IMG/VR virus record: IMGVR_UViG_640753024_000008
DNA length: 27,000 nucleotides
DNA from: a virus
Lineage: Duplodnaviria; Heunggongvirae; Uroviricota; Caudoviricetes
Reading direction: 5' to 3' (one strand)
Shown in pieces: positions 9,680 to 18,505 of the stretch. Below the pieces are notes generated by a model. It was not told the DNA's origin, searched no databases, and saw nothing but the letters and a program-made list of their open reading frames with translations. How positions within the stretch are numbered: the first letter of the stretch is position 1; each line of letters starts with the position of its first letter. Both the position numbers and the translations under genes were made by a program.

Positions 9680-9922
9680 CTAATTTGTCAGATTCTGACC
9701 AGACGGTTCAGGCTGTACGCTTACCTTACGCCTGTCTTCTTTAATCTTGAAATAAAGATTTGTCAGATACGTCAGCAGGCCAAAAACCAGGCTACCCAGC
9801 ACACCGATTGCAGCCCACTGTGACGGAGTTACTTTATCGAGTAACTGCAATGCCCAGAAACCAGCATTACCCGCCGATGTGCCATAGGCAACACCTGTTG
9901 TTAACTTATCCATTGATTTCAT
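9680..9922 (-). CDS. essQ: phage-21-type class II holin with dual-start motif; native C-terminus replaced by IS66-derived codons
   Basis: [31 protein letters not shown]...[16 protein letters not shown] matches the S21 holin family (recalled). GGTGAGGAT ribosome-binding site before the first Met. The last native codon, Lys, ends exactly at the IS66 copy-2 boundary at 9724/9725. Confidence 0.75.
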   Translation of the reverse strand: MKSMDKLTTGVAYGTSAGNAGFWALQLLDKVTPSQWAAIGVLGSLVFGLLTYLTNLYFKIKEDRRKVSVQPEPSGQNLTN

Positions 9923-10141
9923 ATCCTCACCCCGATGTACACGGATGGTGCAATATGTTTGAAAAGATCGGAGTCTACGGGGTAGTTTTGACAGCACACG
10001 TTGTTCTCAACGGCGCTAAAGAAACATACACATTAAAAATGTGAGTAATTATTTTGAAAGAAAGTTATATATAAAATAATAATACGAGAAATGTTTTCAT
10101 ATTTAGTGTACTGTATACGGCCATTTATACAGGAAAAGCCT

Positions 10142-10312
10142 ATGTCAGAACGTAAAGACTCAAAATCACGCCGTAATTATCTCGTTAAATGTTCCTGCCC
10201 AAACTGCACCCAAGAGTCAGAACACAGTTTTTCAAGAGTACAAAAAGGAGCCCTTTTGATCTGCCCTCATTGCAACAAAGTATTCCAGACAAATCTTAAA
10301 GCTGTAGCCTGA
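10142..10312 (+). CDS. small zinc-ribbon protein (56 aa), hypothetical
   Basis: Internal ATG of ORF 10091..10312 preceded by AGGAAAA; CxxC...CxxC motif (CSCPNC...CPHC). Confidence 0.45.
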   Translation: MSERKDSKSRRNYLVKCSCPNCTQESEHSFSRVQKGALLICPHCNKVFQTNLKAVA

Positions 10313-10374
10313 TTGATTTTATTAGTAACAAGTATTTTTTATATTTTAATAATATATTTAAAGCAGATAATAAA

Positions 10375-10394
10375 AAACCCGCCTGAGCGGGTTT
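10375..10394. terminator. GC-rich hairpin (ACCCGC-ctga-GCGGGT) with an A-run on one side and a T-run on the other
   Basis: Hairpin seen in the sequence. The U-tract is better on the minus strand, so this may be a bidirectional terminator between the zinc-ribbon gene and cspB. Confidence 0.45.
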
Positions 10395-10675
10395 GAGATT
10401 GTGGTGCTTTTTGTGGGAGTCATCCACTTACGCACTTTGTTTTGCCATGCCAGCAGTTAGCTTCTGCTGTAAAACTATTCATGCAGCAAACCTGCACTTC
10501 ACCACAATGGTTAGCATACTTTTCCTGATTAAGATTTTGCCAAATATGCTGGCCATTGTTTCATGTATTGGACCTCCTTACTTTTTATTAAAGAGATCCA
10601 ATATTCACTACTCTGTCCGTATCTCTACTCAGGCATCAGCCTTCTTCGTTATCGTATACAGACGAGCGATGAATT

Positions 10676-10891
10676 TTAATCAGTAATGATGACATTTACT
10701 GCTGCAGGACCTTTAGCACCACTCTCTATAGAGAAGGTAACCTTTTGACCTTCAAATAAGGTTCGATAATTATCATTCTGAATCGCAGAAAAATGCACAA
10801 ACACATCTTTACTACCATCAACAGGAGAAATAAAGCCGAAACCTTTATCAGCGTTAAACCATTTTACTAAACCAGTCATTTTATTTGACAT
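10676..10891 (-). CDS. cspB: cold-shock protein (CspA family)
   Basis: 71 aa with [20 protein letters not shown]-1 motif and [11 protein letters not shown]-2 motif; position matches Qin cspB. Confidence 0.9.
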   Translation of the reverse strand: MSNKMTGLVKWFNADKGFGFISPVDGSKDVFVHFSAIQNDNYRTLFEGQKVTFSIESGAKGPAAVNVIITD

Positions 10892-11201
10892 TCTACATTC
10901 CTTAACTTGAGCCTTTCGGCATAAATGGTTTGCATAACAGAAACGACTTCGTACTTAATTGGAGAGACTCAAAGAAGGAATAAGTGAATAACACCTGAAA
11001 TGAGAACTGCTTTAGTAAACTACTTCGTATATCGTCTGTTCTTCAAACCGACGCAGTCATTAACTCATAGTTGAACATATGAAGCAATGTTTATTTTAGA
11101 CATCCAGCCACCTTCAACCCTATCAACAAAGTAGTTTTCTCCAGGAACGTGTGTATGGTGCACCAGGTTATCAGTATTAAGGAGTTTTTCTGTCCCCTAA
11201 A

Positions 11202-11392
11202 ATGACAGGACCTGTCAAAAACTTTGACTACAAAAGCAGCAAAGGTCTTATATTCCCATCCGATGGCGTATCGATGCCCAGCTTCACGTTTCAGCTCTCA
11301 ATCTTCGAGATGCAGAAGAAATTACCACAGGATTACGCGTGGAATTTTGCCGGATAAATGGTTCGCGTGGACCTTCAACTGCCAATGTTTAT
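11202..11392 (+). pseudogene. cspF-like cold-shock gene with a 1-nt frameshift and read-through of the expected stop
   Basis: [22 protein letters not shown] in one frame from the ATG at 11202. The homologous continuation ([38 protein letters not shown]) is in a different frame starting around 11265, and no stop follows ANVY. Confidence 0.5.
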
Positions 11393-11435
11393 CCCGGGAT
11401 GAGATTCAATATCTCTATTGCCCCATTTAAAGCAC

Positions 11436-11470
11436 AAAAACCCGCTTATAAGCGGGTTTTCTACTTTTTT
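11436..11470 (+). terminator. rho-independent terminator
   Basis: Palindrome CCCGCTTATAAGCGGG followed by TTTTCTACTTTTTT. Confidence 0.6.
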
Positions 11471-11566
11471 CTAAACGTCGGATACACAAAGCCCATCGTT
11501 GAGAAAATCTTATCCATGTTTTTTGAAAAATGCAAACATCATGTCGCCATCTTCAGCAAAAATCAT

Positions 11567-12319
11567 TTATCTCGTCACCTTCCTCAATTGCGCTTCCGCG
11601 TATGCTTCTTCCTGCCAGCACTTTGTTACCAGTTTATCAATGACGTCCGCATACCCCTTATACCACTGATAATCGGTCAGGTCTGGTACCAGCTTCTGGA
11701 CATGACGTCGTGCCAGCGTGGTCGGTAAACGACTAAATCGGTTTCCATTACAACGCCCACAAATCTTATATACCGGTACGCCATGAAACCGGGTTCTTTT
11801 TTCATCCAGAACAATCCCTTTACCCTTACACCCTCTGCACGCTGTGCTGACTTCGCCCTTACCATGGCAATGCTGACATAGTTCCTTCACCCATTCTTCC
11901 TTGATTACAGATTCCCCGCGTCTGTAGTGTTTCACCACTTCGCGCAATACATTATAAAATCCCGTACCTGAACAATGCTCACAGCGAGCCTTACTTGCCG
12001 CAGACCTGGAGTAATCAGCAAAGGCAAAATTCACGAGGTAAGGAATAATCTGTAACCGGATTTCTTCACTCAATTTGTTCAATGTCGGGTTATCCAGTGC
12101 CATCGCGTAATTTAGCAGGCCTTCAATCGCAAACTGAGGGTCCTGAACACCAACTTTTGCCAGAAATAAGGCCAACCCAAGTGGTGCTTTCGACTGCACC
12201 ATCCCCTGCGCTGCCATTACATCCGTAATTGTTAAACAACCGGTGCCTGTCGCTGGAGCGTCATCGCTCAATTTTGGAGATTTTGGGGAGTAATATTTTG
12301 GTAAGGCTTCAAGGTTCAT
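11567..12319 (-). CDS. quuQ: late-gene antitermination protein Q
   Basis: 250 aa with Cys/His zinc-binding clusters ([30 protein letters not shown]). Lies upstream of the holin and csp genes as expected for Q; GGAG ribosome-binding site. Confidence 0.8.
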   Translation of the reverse strand: MNLEALPKYYSPKSPKLSDDAPATGTGCLTITDVMAAQGMVQSKAPLGLALFLAKVGVQDPQFAIEGLLNYAMALDNPTLNKLSEEIRLQIIPYLVNFAFADYSRSAASKARCEHCSGTGFYNVLREVVKHYRRGESVIKEEWVKELCQHCHGKGEVSTACRGCKGKGIVLDEKRTRFHGVPVYKICGRCNGNRFSRLPTTLARRHVQKLVPDLTDYQWYKGYADVIDKLVTKCWQEEAYAEAQLRKVTR

Positions 12320-12332
12320 GCTCGTTCTCCAC

Positions 12333-13382
12333 TTACGCCAGTACGCCAGTTGCCAGCGCGCGATCGATAAAACGAAATATCAGCTCCAGTTGGGAGCCAT
12401 ACTTCTCTTCAAATGCCACTGTATCCGTATGCAGCTCGTTGTGATGCTTTCTGCACAAAGGCAACACAAAGAGATCATGTGCTTTTGTTCCCATTCCGCC
12501 CTGCCCGTGACCAATCAGATGATGCGGATCGTCGGCTGGCATACCGCAGCAAGCACACGGCTGTGTCTTAACCCAACGAGTGTATTTCTCCTTAACCCAG
12601 CGGCGACGTTTAGGCAGCTTCATGAAAGATTCCGGAGACTCTGGATCAACGTTGATGCTTACCACCGTCTTTTCCTGTGGTGGTTTTTGTTGCTGGTGGG
12701 CGTAAGGCAACGGTGCAAGATTTTTTGTGCGTTGTTTCAATATGCTGGTGGCGGTCTGCTCTCCCGGTACGATGTCGCTTTCGCGGTACACCGAGCAGAT
12801 TTTTTCCGCTGGTAATCCCAGCGAACGACGCGATACAGCCTCAGGTAGTGCATCCACCACCTGATTGCAGACCGCCCACCAGGATAATTCAGCCAAAGAT
12901 AATTCCCGCTCCTGCGTACCGCTTATTGCGTGACGGATGACGTCAATCACCCATGCTGTCAGATTTTGTTGAGCAAGCAGCTCCAGTGATTCCGATGTCT
13001 GGTCACGCAGTTGGTTGTCGCAGTGCCAGCACAACACCATTGCGCCGGTACCATAACGGTGAATGACTGTTTCAGTGTGATGGTAATCGCCATTAGGCCA
13101 CTGGCAGGATGTAACATGACGTAATAGCCAGTCAGACAATGCGCCAACGCCGCCAGCAGCACGAATCACCCGTTCGTTACTAAAAAACGGTAGCAATGTT
13201 TTGTCTTCCGCCAGCGGCTGGCGAACGGCAGGAACGACTCCGGATGGCAGATTACGCATGCTTTTTGGTTCCGGTTCCACCAGCACTCGAGGATTATGAA
13301 ATATCTGTATGGATTCACGGCCCGGCTTAAGGACCACCAGCCCAAGCTCAGGCACCAGAACAGGTCTAAGTAATACCCGCAC
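12333..13382 (-). CDS. ydfU: phage protein with C-terminal Cys/His HNH-like motif (YdfU/DUF968 type)
   Basis: ORF track 12333..13421. An internal GTG at 13382 has a GGAGG ribosome-binding site 4 nt upstream and gives 349 aa. C-terminus CACCGMPADDPHHLIGHG...LCRKHHNELH. Confidence 0.75.
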   Translation of the reverse strand: MRVLLRPVLVPELGLVVLKPGRESIQIFHNPRVLVEPEPKSMRNLPSGVVPAVRQPLAEDKTLLPFFSNERVIRAAGGVGALSDWLLRHVTSCQWPNGDYHHTETVIHRYGTGAMVLCWHCDNQLRDQTSESLELLAQQNLTAWVIDVIRHAISGTQERELSLAELSWWAVCNQVVDALPEAVSRRSLGLPAEKICSVYRESDIVPGEQTATSILKQRTKNLAPLPYAHQQQKPPQEKTVVSINVDPESPESFMKLPKRRRWVKEKYTRWVKTQPCACCGMPADDPHHLIGHGQGGMGTKAHDLFVLPLCRKHHNELHTDTVAFEEKYGSQLELIFRFIDRALATGVLA

Positions 13383-13383
13383 G

Positions 13384-13662
13384 TTACCTCCAGATCCGTT
13401 GCTGGAAAGTGCGGGACGCACGTGGTGGGCGTTCGGAATAAGGCAGCCTGACAGAGATTATCCAGTGCCGATAGTCGAGACTGAGAGCTTTCTTAACCTC
13501 GAACCCGCGCCTGCGGTAAGAATGAATCAGCCATTCGGCCTGTTCTGCAGTGCATGGAGGGTGCTGGAACCATTCAGACTTGAATGCGTGAGAATACCGC
13601 CCGTGCGTGCAGGCAAGAACGGGCGAATTATCAGAATTGTAATATTTTACGTTGCGTGCCAT
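13384..13662 (-). CDS. hypothetical phage protein (92 aa)
   Basis: ORF ending immediately upstream of the ydfU ribosome-binding site; no recognisable motif. Confidence 0.45.
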   Translation of the reverse strand: MARNVKYYNSDNSPVLACTHGRYSHAFKSEWFQHPPCTAEQAEWLIHSYRRRGFEVKKALSLDYRHWIISVRLPYSERPPRASRTFQQRIWR

Positions 13663-13728
13663 CGGTTTTCTCCGGTGGCACGGTGTTACTCAGCGGGAGT
13701 TCAGCCCCGCGCAAGATTGTAGATGAGT

Positions 13729-13980
13729 TTATTCTCCTGAAAAAGCAGAAAAGCCAGCTTTTATTCCGATCTCTTTCAATGCCTGTAATGAAGTGACAAA
13801 CTCACCTTCGCGCAAGATAAATCCGTCCGTGACCCGAGCATCCACAAAATTAATTAACGCAGCCCCATTCTTTCGCAAACACATAATGCGGTAATGACTA
13901 ACAAGATTTCCATTTTCAACGCACACAGCATAGAGGCCATCTTCACAAAAAATTTTACGCAGTTCTTCGATGTTCATCAT
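13729..13980 (-). CDS. rem: small phage protein (83 aa), Rem-like by position and size
   Basis: 83-aa ORF between ydfU and hokD, matching the position and length I recall for K-12 rem; the sequence identity was not verified. Confidence 0.45.
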   Translation of the reverse strand: MMNIEELRKIFCEDGLYAVCVENGNLVSHYRIMCLRKNGAALINFVDARVTDGFILREGEFVTSLQALKEIGIKAGFSAFSGE

Positions 13981-14101
13981 CAGAATCCTTCCGGATAATT
14001 AGCTCTCCCCTTTAAGGGACCATCCCTCTTATCCCTGCGCGCTACTTAAGTATTTTTGATTCTATTCCGGCACCGTCCAGAACTTCAAACGCGTTGAAAA
14101 T

Positions 14102-14127
14102 AAAAACAAAAACCCGCCGAAGCGGGT
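14102..14127 (-). terminator. rho-independent terminator downstream of hokD
   Basis: Hairpin ACCCGC-cgaa-GCGGGT followed on the minus strand by TTTTTGTTTTT. Confidence 0.55.
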
Positions 14128-14196
14128 TAAGTGCGGGTGCGTTGAGGATGCCTGCCACATCAGAGGTGGCGAGGGATTTCTCCCTCGCCGGGTCTC

Positions 14197-14352
14197 TTAC
14201 TCCTCAGGTTCGTAAGCTGTGAAGACAGCGACCTCCGTCTGGCCGGTTCGGATTCGTACCTCGCAGAGGTCTTTCCTCGTTACCAGTGCCGTCACTATGA
14301 CGGTTAAACAGATGACGATCAGGGCGATTAACATCGCCTTTTGCTGCTTCAT
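14197..14352 (-). CDS. hokD: Hok-family membrane toxin (51 aa)
   Basis: MKQQKAMLIALIVICLTVIVTALVTRKDLCEVRIRTGQTEVAVFTAYEPEE. The ORF track extends this in frame by 19 codons (14197..14409). A 9-bp perfect hairpin lies in the 3' UTR at about 14168..14189. Confidence 0.85.
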   Translation of the reverse strand: MKQQKAMLIALIVICLTVIVTALVTRKDLCEVRIRTGQTEVAVFTAYEPEE

Positions 14353-15000
14353 AGCCTGCTTCTCCTTGCCTTCCGGCACGTAAGAGGCTAACCTACATGT
14401 GTCTAGCATGAAATTGGCCTCAGATTAATGTTAAGCGTCTTGCAGGACGCGTAATGTTAACTGGGGCTTTTCTCTATCTGCCTTTGGTGTTCATGCCCGA
14501 GGCAGATAGCCTCAAGCACCCGCAGCCATTCTACTTAACTACCTTTACCTCGCCAATATGAAATCAGTCAGAAAGGCGATCCATAAGAACAATAGCAAGA
14601 CAATAAATCGCCATTACAGCCGTAATAGCCAGCGCACATTTGAGAACCAGCACCACAACCTCCTGTATTGGACGTACACCAGTCCTGATAAATATGAGGC
14701 TGTCTCGTCCGTGATTCAATACAACTATTGGGTATGGTTTCTCTGATTTTTCTGTGGAAATGGAGCTCAACCACTAGTCACCACCAGCACTTCTTTTAAT
14801 ACGCAAAGTCCGACGCAAGCCAACAGGTTCAATTTCATATATATGAATTTTAAGCAGTATTCACCTACACGATTATTAGCAGTTTCCTGAATATATGATG
14901 GAGTGTCTTGACGATTTTAGACCAGAAACGCCCTCCACGTATTTCTGAGCGTACGCAACATATGTTATGGCAAATGCGAGCATATGGTAGAGTCAAATAA

Positions 15001-15028
15001 GTAAGAGCCACCCGCAGGTGGCTCTTAC
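15001..15028 (-). terminator. hairpin terminator directly after the 591-aa gene
   Basis: GTAAGAGCCACC-cgca-GGTGGCTCTTAC, a 12-bp stem starting 2 nt after the stop codon, followed on the minus strand by TTATTTGA. Confidence 0.55.
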
Positions 15029-15030
15029 TT

Positions 15031-16806
15031 TTACTCTTGCAATTCGATGATCTGCTCTTTACCTAGTAGATGATTAATAATATTTAATACTTTTTCTCTG
15101 TTCTGGAAGAATCTTGCTATATAACTATTGGGGAAGACTTCCTGTATGTGATTATAAGTATCAGAAGCCAGCTCTATACATTCCTCCAGTGAAACGTTTC
15201 GGCTATAAGAGAAGATGTGATTCTCCACAGAGGAAACTTCTATTTTATTCATGAGTATGGATATTAAAACATAATTTCCATGAATCATTATTTGATGAAT
15301 CTGCTTCTGATTTTCCATATCTACTGATAGTAGTTTAACTATACTTTCTTGCAATATATCATTTGCTAATCTATAAGCATTTACTTTATTTATTATATCC
15401 AAACCGGTAGGACCATTTTCAGCTGGGAATACTTTTTCATAAAGACCTCCCCAGCTTTCAAAAAAACGTCCTCTATTTAGTTTTAAGGAAGATATCAATG
15501 TTTCATCTTTAGAGGCACACACTAATGCGTTTAAAGCATCATCAATATCAATGGTATTACCACCTGTCTGGCTGGAGTCTTCTTGCCTGAGTAGTTTGTA
15601 GCTATATCCGCCAATAAAGTTTATTTCTCTTTGTATTCTTTGTTGCTCGGGCCTCTGTGATGAGAAATCTCTTCCAGTAACCCTGTTTTGTGTATTGTTG
15701 AATTTAGTGACAGAGGTTAAAAAATCTTCTTTTGCTGCACTGATAAATCTAATGCTCACCTTGATTAGATCTTTTTTTTCTTCGGGTAAAGAGTTGAACA
15801 CTTCACCAATAGTGCTTACAGTTTGAGCTCCATTTATTATACTCAGACTTTTAAAACTAAATAGCCCGTACTTCCTGCTTGTACTTAAGTTGATCATGCT
15901 TTCTTCTACATCACTATATACAGCAGTTATCCCATTGTTATAGTACCAAAAATTCTCCGGCTTTTCACTTAATGTTTTCTTTATCCCAGAGTTTATGGAT
16001 GAATTACCGAGGACACTTCTTATATTTTTCTCGAACAGAGAGTACTTGTACTTTTCCCACCAGTCGTATAGGATCCTTGCGGATATTGTTCCGTATATTG
16101 CTTTATAAGGTTCTGCTATCTCTCCATAACTTTCAAGGTGAACATTGCTAACATTTATAGATTTTGATCGATCATTAGAAAGACCATCCATTATCACTTG
16201 TATACCTGCCGGCTCGAATAGCACTGAATACTCATCTCTATTCTCTATATCTTTAAATAATAGAGACCGATTCTGAAGCTTTTCCCAAAACTCTATGTCT
16301 GATTTTACTTCTTCGCTTGGCTCATGAACCCCTGTATATATAAATACACATATACATTTATATGTAAATCCTGAGATTGCTTCAATTATGGAGTCTTTGT
16401 TTCTTAAAAACCTTTCGTTAAATGTTGTAAAGTCGCTGGCTATTACTTTTGCGCATGCGTCTTTGAATCTTCCGAATTCTCTTGTGGTTATAGAACCGTC
16501 GCCATTTTTAATATATTTTGACTGAACTATTACTATCTTTCTCGAATTTTTATTAACATAAACTGCATCTATCCCGCCATCATCTTTTCCATCGCAGACA
16601 GCATTAGCAGCTAACTCAGGGTCTGGTTCATCACCATACAAGCTGATTGCATGCGCAGCTACACAGCGTGTAATTAGAGTTTCTTTCCTATGCTCTCCTA
16701 CGGAATTAATATCTTTCATATCAATAAAAGTTCCGTATATAGACTCTAATTGATTAGTTATGCGTACTAAACCTGCTGTTTGCGTGGCTTTGTCGTACTG
16801 GGACAT
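15031..16806 (-). CDS. AT-rich cargo gene: 591-aa protein with N-terminal PD-(D/E)xK-like (Mrr-type) nuclease motif; candidate anti-phage defence or abortive-infection protein
   Basis: Uninterrupted 1776-nt ORF with AGGAG about 8 nt upstream of the ATG and a TATAAT-like element about 40 nt upstream. Residues D72..D75-D76-G-G-I-D80 and I-V-I-V-Q95-S-K97 fit a restriction-endonuclease-like core. No Walker A and no YxDD motif. G+C is about one third (39 of 120 in the sample I counted), against roughly half in the flanks. Confidence 0.75.
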   Translation of the reverse strand: MSQYDKATQTAGLVRITNQLESIYGTFIDMKDINSVGEHRKETLITRCVAAHAISLYGDEPDPELAANAVCDGKDDGGIDAVYVNKNSRKIVIVQSKYIKNGDGSITTREFGRFKDACAKVIASDFTTFNERFLRNKDSIIEAISGFTYKCICVFIYTGVHEPSEEVKSDIEFWEKLQNRSLLFKDIENRDEYSVLFEPAGIQVIMDGLSNDRSKSINVSNVHLESYGEIAEPYKAIYGTISARILYDWWEKYKYSLFEKNIRSVLGNSSINSGIKKTLSEKPENFWYYNNGITAVYSDVEESMINLSTSRKYGLFSFKSLSIINGAQTVSTIGEVFNSLPEEKKDLIKVSIRFISAAKEDFLTSVTKFNNTQNRVTGRDFSSQRPEQQRIQREINFIGGYSYKLLRQEDSSQTGGNTIDIDDALNALVCASKDETLISSLKLNRGRFFESWGGLYEKVFPAENGPTGLDIINKVNAYRLANDILQESIVKLLSVDMENQKQIHQIMIHGNYVLISILMNKIEVSSVENHIFSYSRNVSLEECIELASDTYNHIQEVFPNSYIARFFQNREKVLNIINHLLGKEQIIELQE

Positions 16807-17432
16807 CCTTTGCGCTCCTGAACATGTAACAAAATATGATTCGCATTATAAGATTTTTTAATGTTTAGCCGAAGAGTTTTTTGCATGAGTTATGACATAA
16901 GTTTAGTTCGTAGTTCTGCGATATAGTTTTCTCCTGAAAACAAAAAACATCTGGGGCATGAGGTGAGCTCCGAAAGTTGGACATCTCAACGATTATGTCA
17001 AGAGCGTCTACTGGGACGTGGTCTGTGTAAACGGTCACTCCTAGTACAAAGCAGACAACAATGCCAGTTTTAATCTAATCCTATACAACAGAAATGTCAT
17101 TTCACATTTGAACTAATGCACTTTAATATCGTTACTTCAAAATGCTGAACATTTCCCTGATAAAACGCCAGTATGCGTTGCATCACTTCGCTCTTCCGGC
17201 ACTCGCGACAGATTATGTTTAGACGACTGTCGTAGCGACGTATTTCTCCGTCAGGTAATGACCAGATAAGGTCCGGATCAACCACAGCAGGTTTCTTCAC
17301 CTTTGCCCTCGAGAGTTTTTTGCGGGCGTTTTGCCAGTCCTTACGCGCCTGTTCAGACGGGAATAACTGATCTTACCCAGCAATAGTGGACACGCGGCTA
17401 AGTGAGTAAACTCTCAGTCAGAGGTGACTCAC

Positions 17433-17732
17433 ATGACAAAAACAGTATCAACCAGTAAAAAACCCCGTAAACAGCATTCGCCTGAATTTCGCAGTGAAGC
17501 CCTGAAGCTTGCTGAACGCATCGGTGTTACTGCCGCAGCCCGTGAACTCAGCCTGTATGAATCACAACTCTACAACTGGCGCAGTAAACAGCAAAATCAG
17601 CAGACGTCTTCTGAACGTGAACTGGAGATGTCTACCGAGATTGCACGTCTCAAACGCCAGCTGGCAGAACGGGATGAAGAGCTGGCTATCCTCCAAAAGG
17701 CCGCGACATACTTCGCGAAGCGCCTGAAATGA
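17433..17732 (+). CDS. insE: IS3 OrfA (helix-turn-helix protein)
   Basis: [32 protein letters not shown]... recalled IS3 InsE sequence; the ORF track begins 3 codons earlier at a GTG. Confidence 0.9.
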   Translation: MTKTVSTSKKPRKQHSPEFRSEALKLAERIGVTAAARELSLYESQLYNWRSKQQNQQTSSERELEMSTEIARLKRQLAERDEELAILQKAATYFAKRLK

Positions 17733-18505
17733 AGTACGTCTTTATTGAAAAACATCAGGCTGAGTTCAGCATCAAAGCAATGTGCCGCGTGCTCCGGGTG
17801 GCCCGCAGCGGCTGGTATACGTGGTGTCAGCGGCGGACAAGGATAAGCACGCGTCAGCAGTTCCGCCAACACTGCGACAGCGTTGTCCTCGCGGCTTTTA
17901 CCCGGTCAAAACAGCGTTACGGTGCCCCACGCCTGACGGATGAACTGCGTGATCAGGGTTACCCCTTTAACGTAAAAACCGTGGCGGCAAGCCTGCGCCG
18001 TCAGGGACTGAGGGCAAAGGCCTCCCGGAAGTTCAGCCCGGTCAGCTACCGCGCACACGGCCTGCCTGTGTCAGAAAATCTGTTGGAGCAGGATTTTTAC
18101 GCCAGTGGCCCGAACCAGAAGTGGGCAGGAGACATCACGTACTTACGTACAGATGAAGGCTGGCTGTATCTGGCAGTGGTCATTGACCTGTGGTCACGTG
18201 CCGTTATTGGCTGGTCAATGTCGCCACGCATGACGGCGCAACTGGCCTGCGATGCCCTGCAGATGGCGCTGTGGCGGCGTAAGAGGCCCCGGAACGTTAT
18301 CGTTCACACGGACCGTGGAGGCCAGTACTGTTCAGCAGATTATCAGGCGCAACTGAAGCGGCATAATCTGCGTGGAAGTATGAGCGCAAAAGGTTGCTGC
18401 TACGATAATGCCTGCGTGGAAAGCTTCTTTCATTCGCTGAAAGTGGAATGTATCCATGGAGAACACTTTATCAGCCGGGAAATAATGCGGGCAACGGTGT
18501 TTTAA
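17729..18505 (+). CDS. insF: IS3 OrfB (DDE transposase), C-terminally truncated by a frameshift
   Basis: 258 aa ending ...REIMRATVF. The expected last 30 or so residues ([30 protein letters not shown]) are in the +1 frame after a run of four T at about 18500..18503. Confidence 0.85.
   Translation: MKYVFIEKHQAEFSIKAMCRVLRVARSGWYTWCQRRTRISTRQQFRQHCDSVVLAAFTRSKQRYGAPRLTDELRDQGYPFNVKTVAASLRRQGLRAKASRKFSPVSYRAHGLPVSENLLEQDFYASGPNQKWAGDITYLRTDEGWLYLAVVIDLWSRAVIGWSMSPRMTAQLACDALQMALWRRKRPRNVIVHTDRGGQYCSADYQAQLKRHNLRGSMSAKGCCYDNACVESFFHSLKVECIHGEHFISREIMRATVF

Larger units (their letters stand above)
7283..9724 (-). mobile_element. IS66-family element, copy 2, with imperfect 28-bp terminal inverted repeats
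   Basis: GTAAGCGTGCAGCAAGAACCGTATTGAC at 7283..7310 and its imperfect reverse complement ending ...GCTGTACGCTTAC at 9724 (22 of 28 positions match). orfA-orfB-tnpC inside. The 8-bp flanks differ, so there is no target-site duplication. Confidence 0.8.

Noticed and set aside
10393-10686. 97-aa plus-strand ORF downstream of cspB
   Set aside because: Cys/Phe-rich translation with no ribosome-binding site; it spans the region between cspB and a hairpin terminator and is more likely untranslated.
14558-14774. Small overlapping ORFs (14558..14746 plus, 14564..14770 minus, 14568..14774 minus) in the AT-rich spacer between hokD and the cargo gene
   Set aside because: Mutually overlapping on both strands, one starts at TTG, no ribosome-binding sites; insufficient evidence to call any of them.
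15031-16806. The 591-aa cargo protein as a reverse transcriptase (retron) or ATPase
   Set aside because: No YxDD box or other reverse-transcriptase motifs, no Walker A P-loop, and no obvious structured non-coding RNA with flanking inverted repeats next to it.
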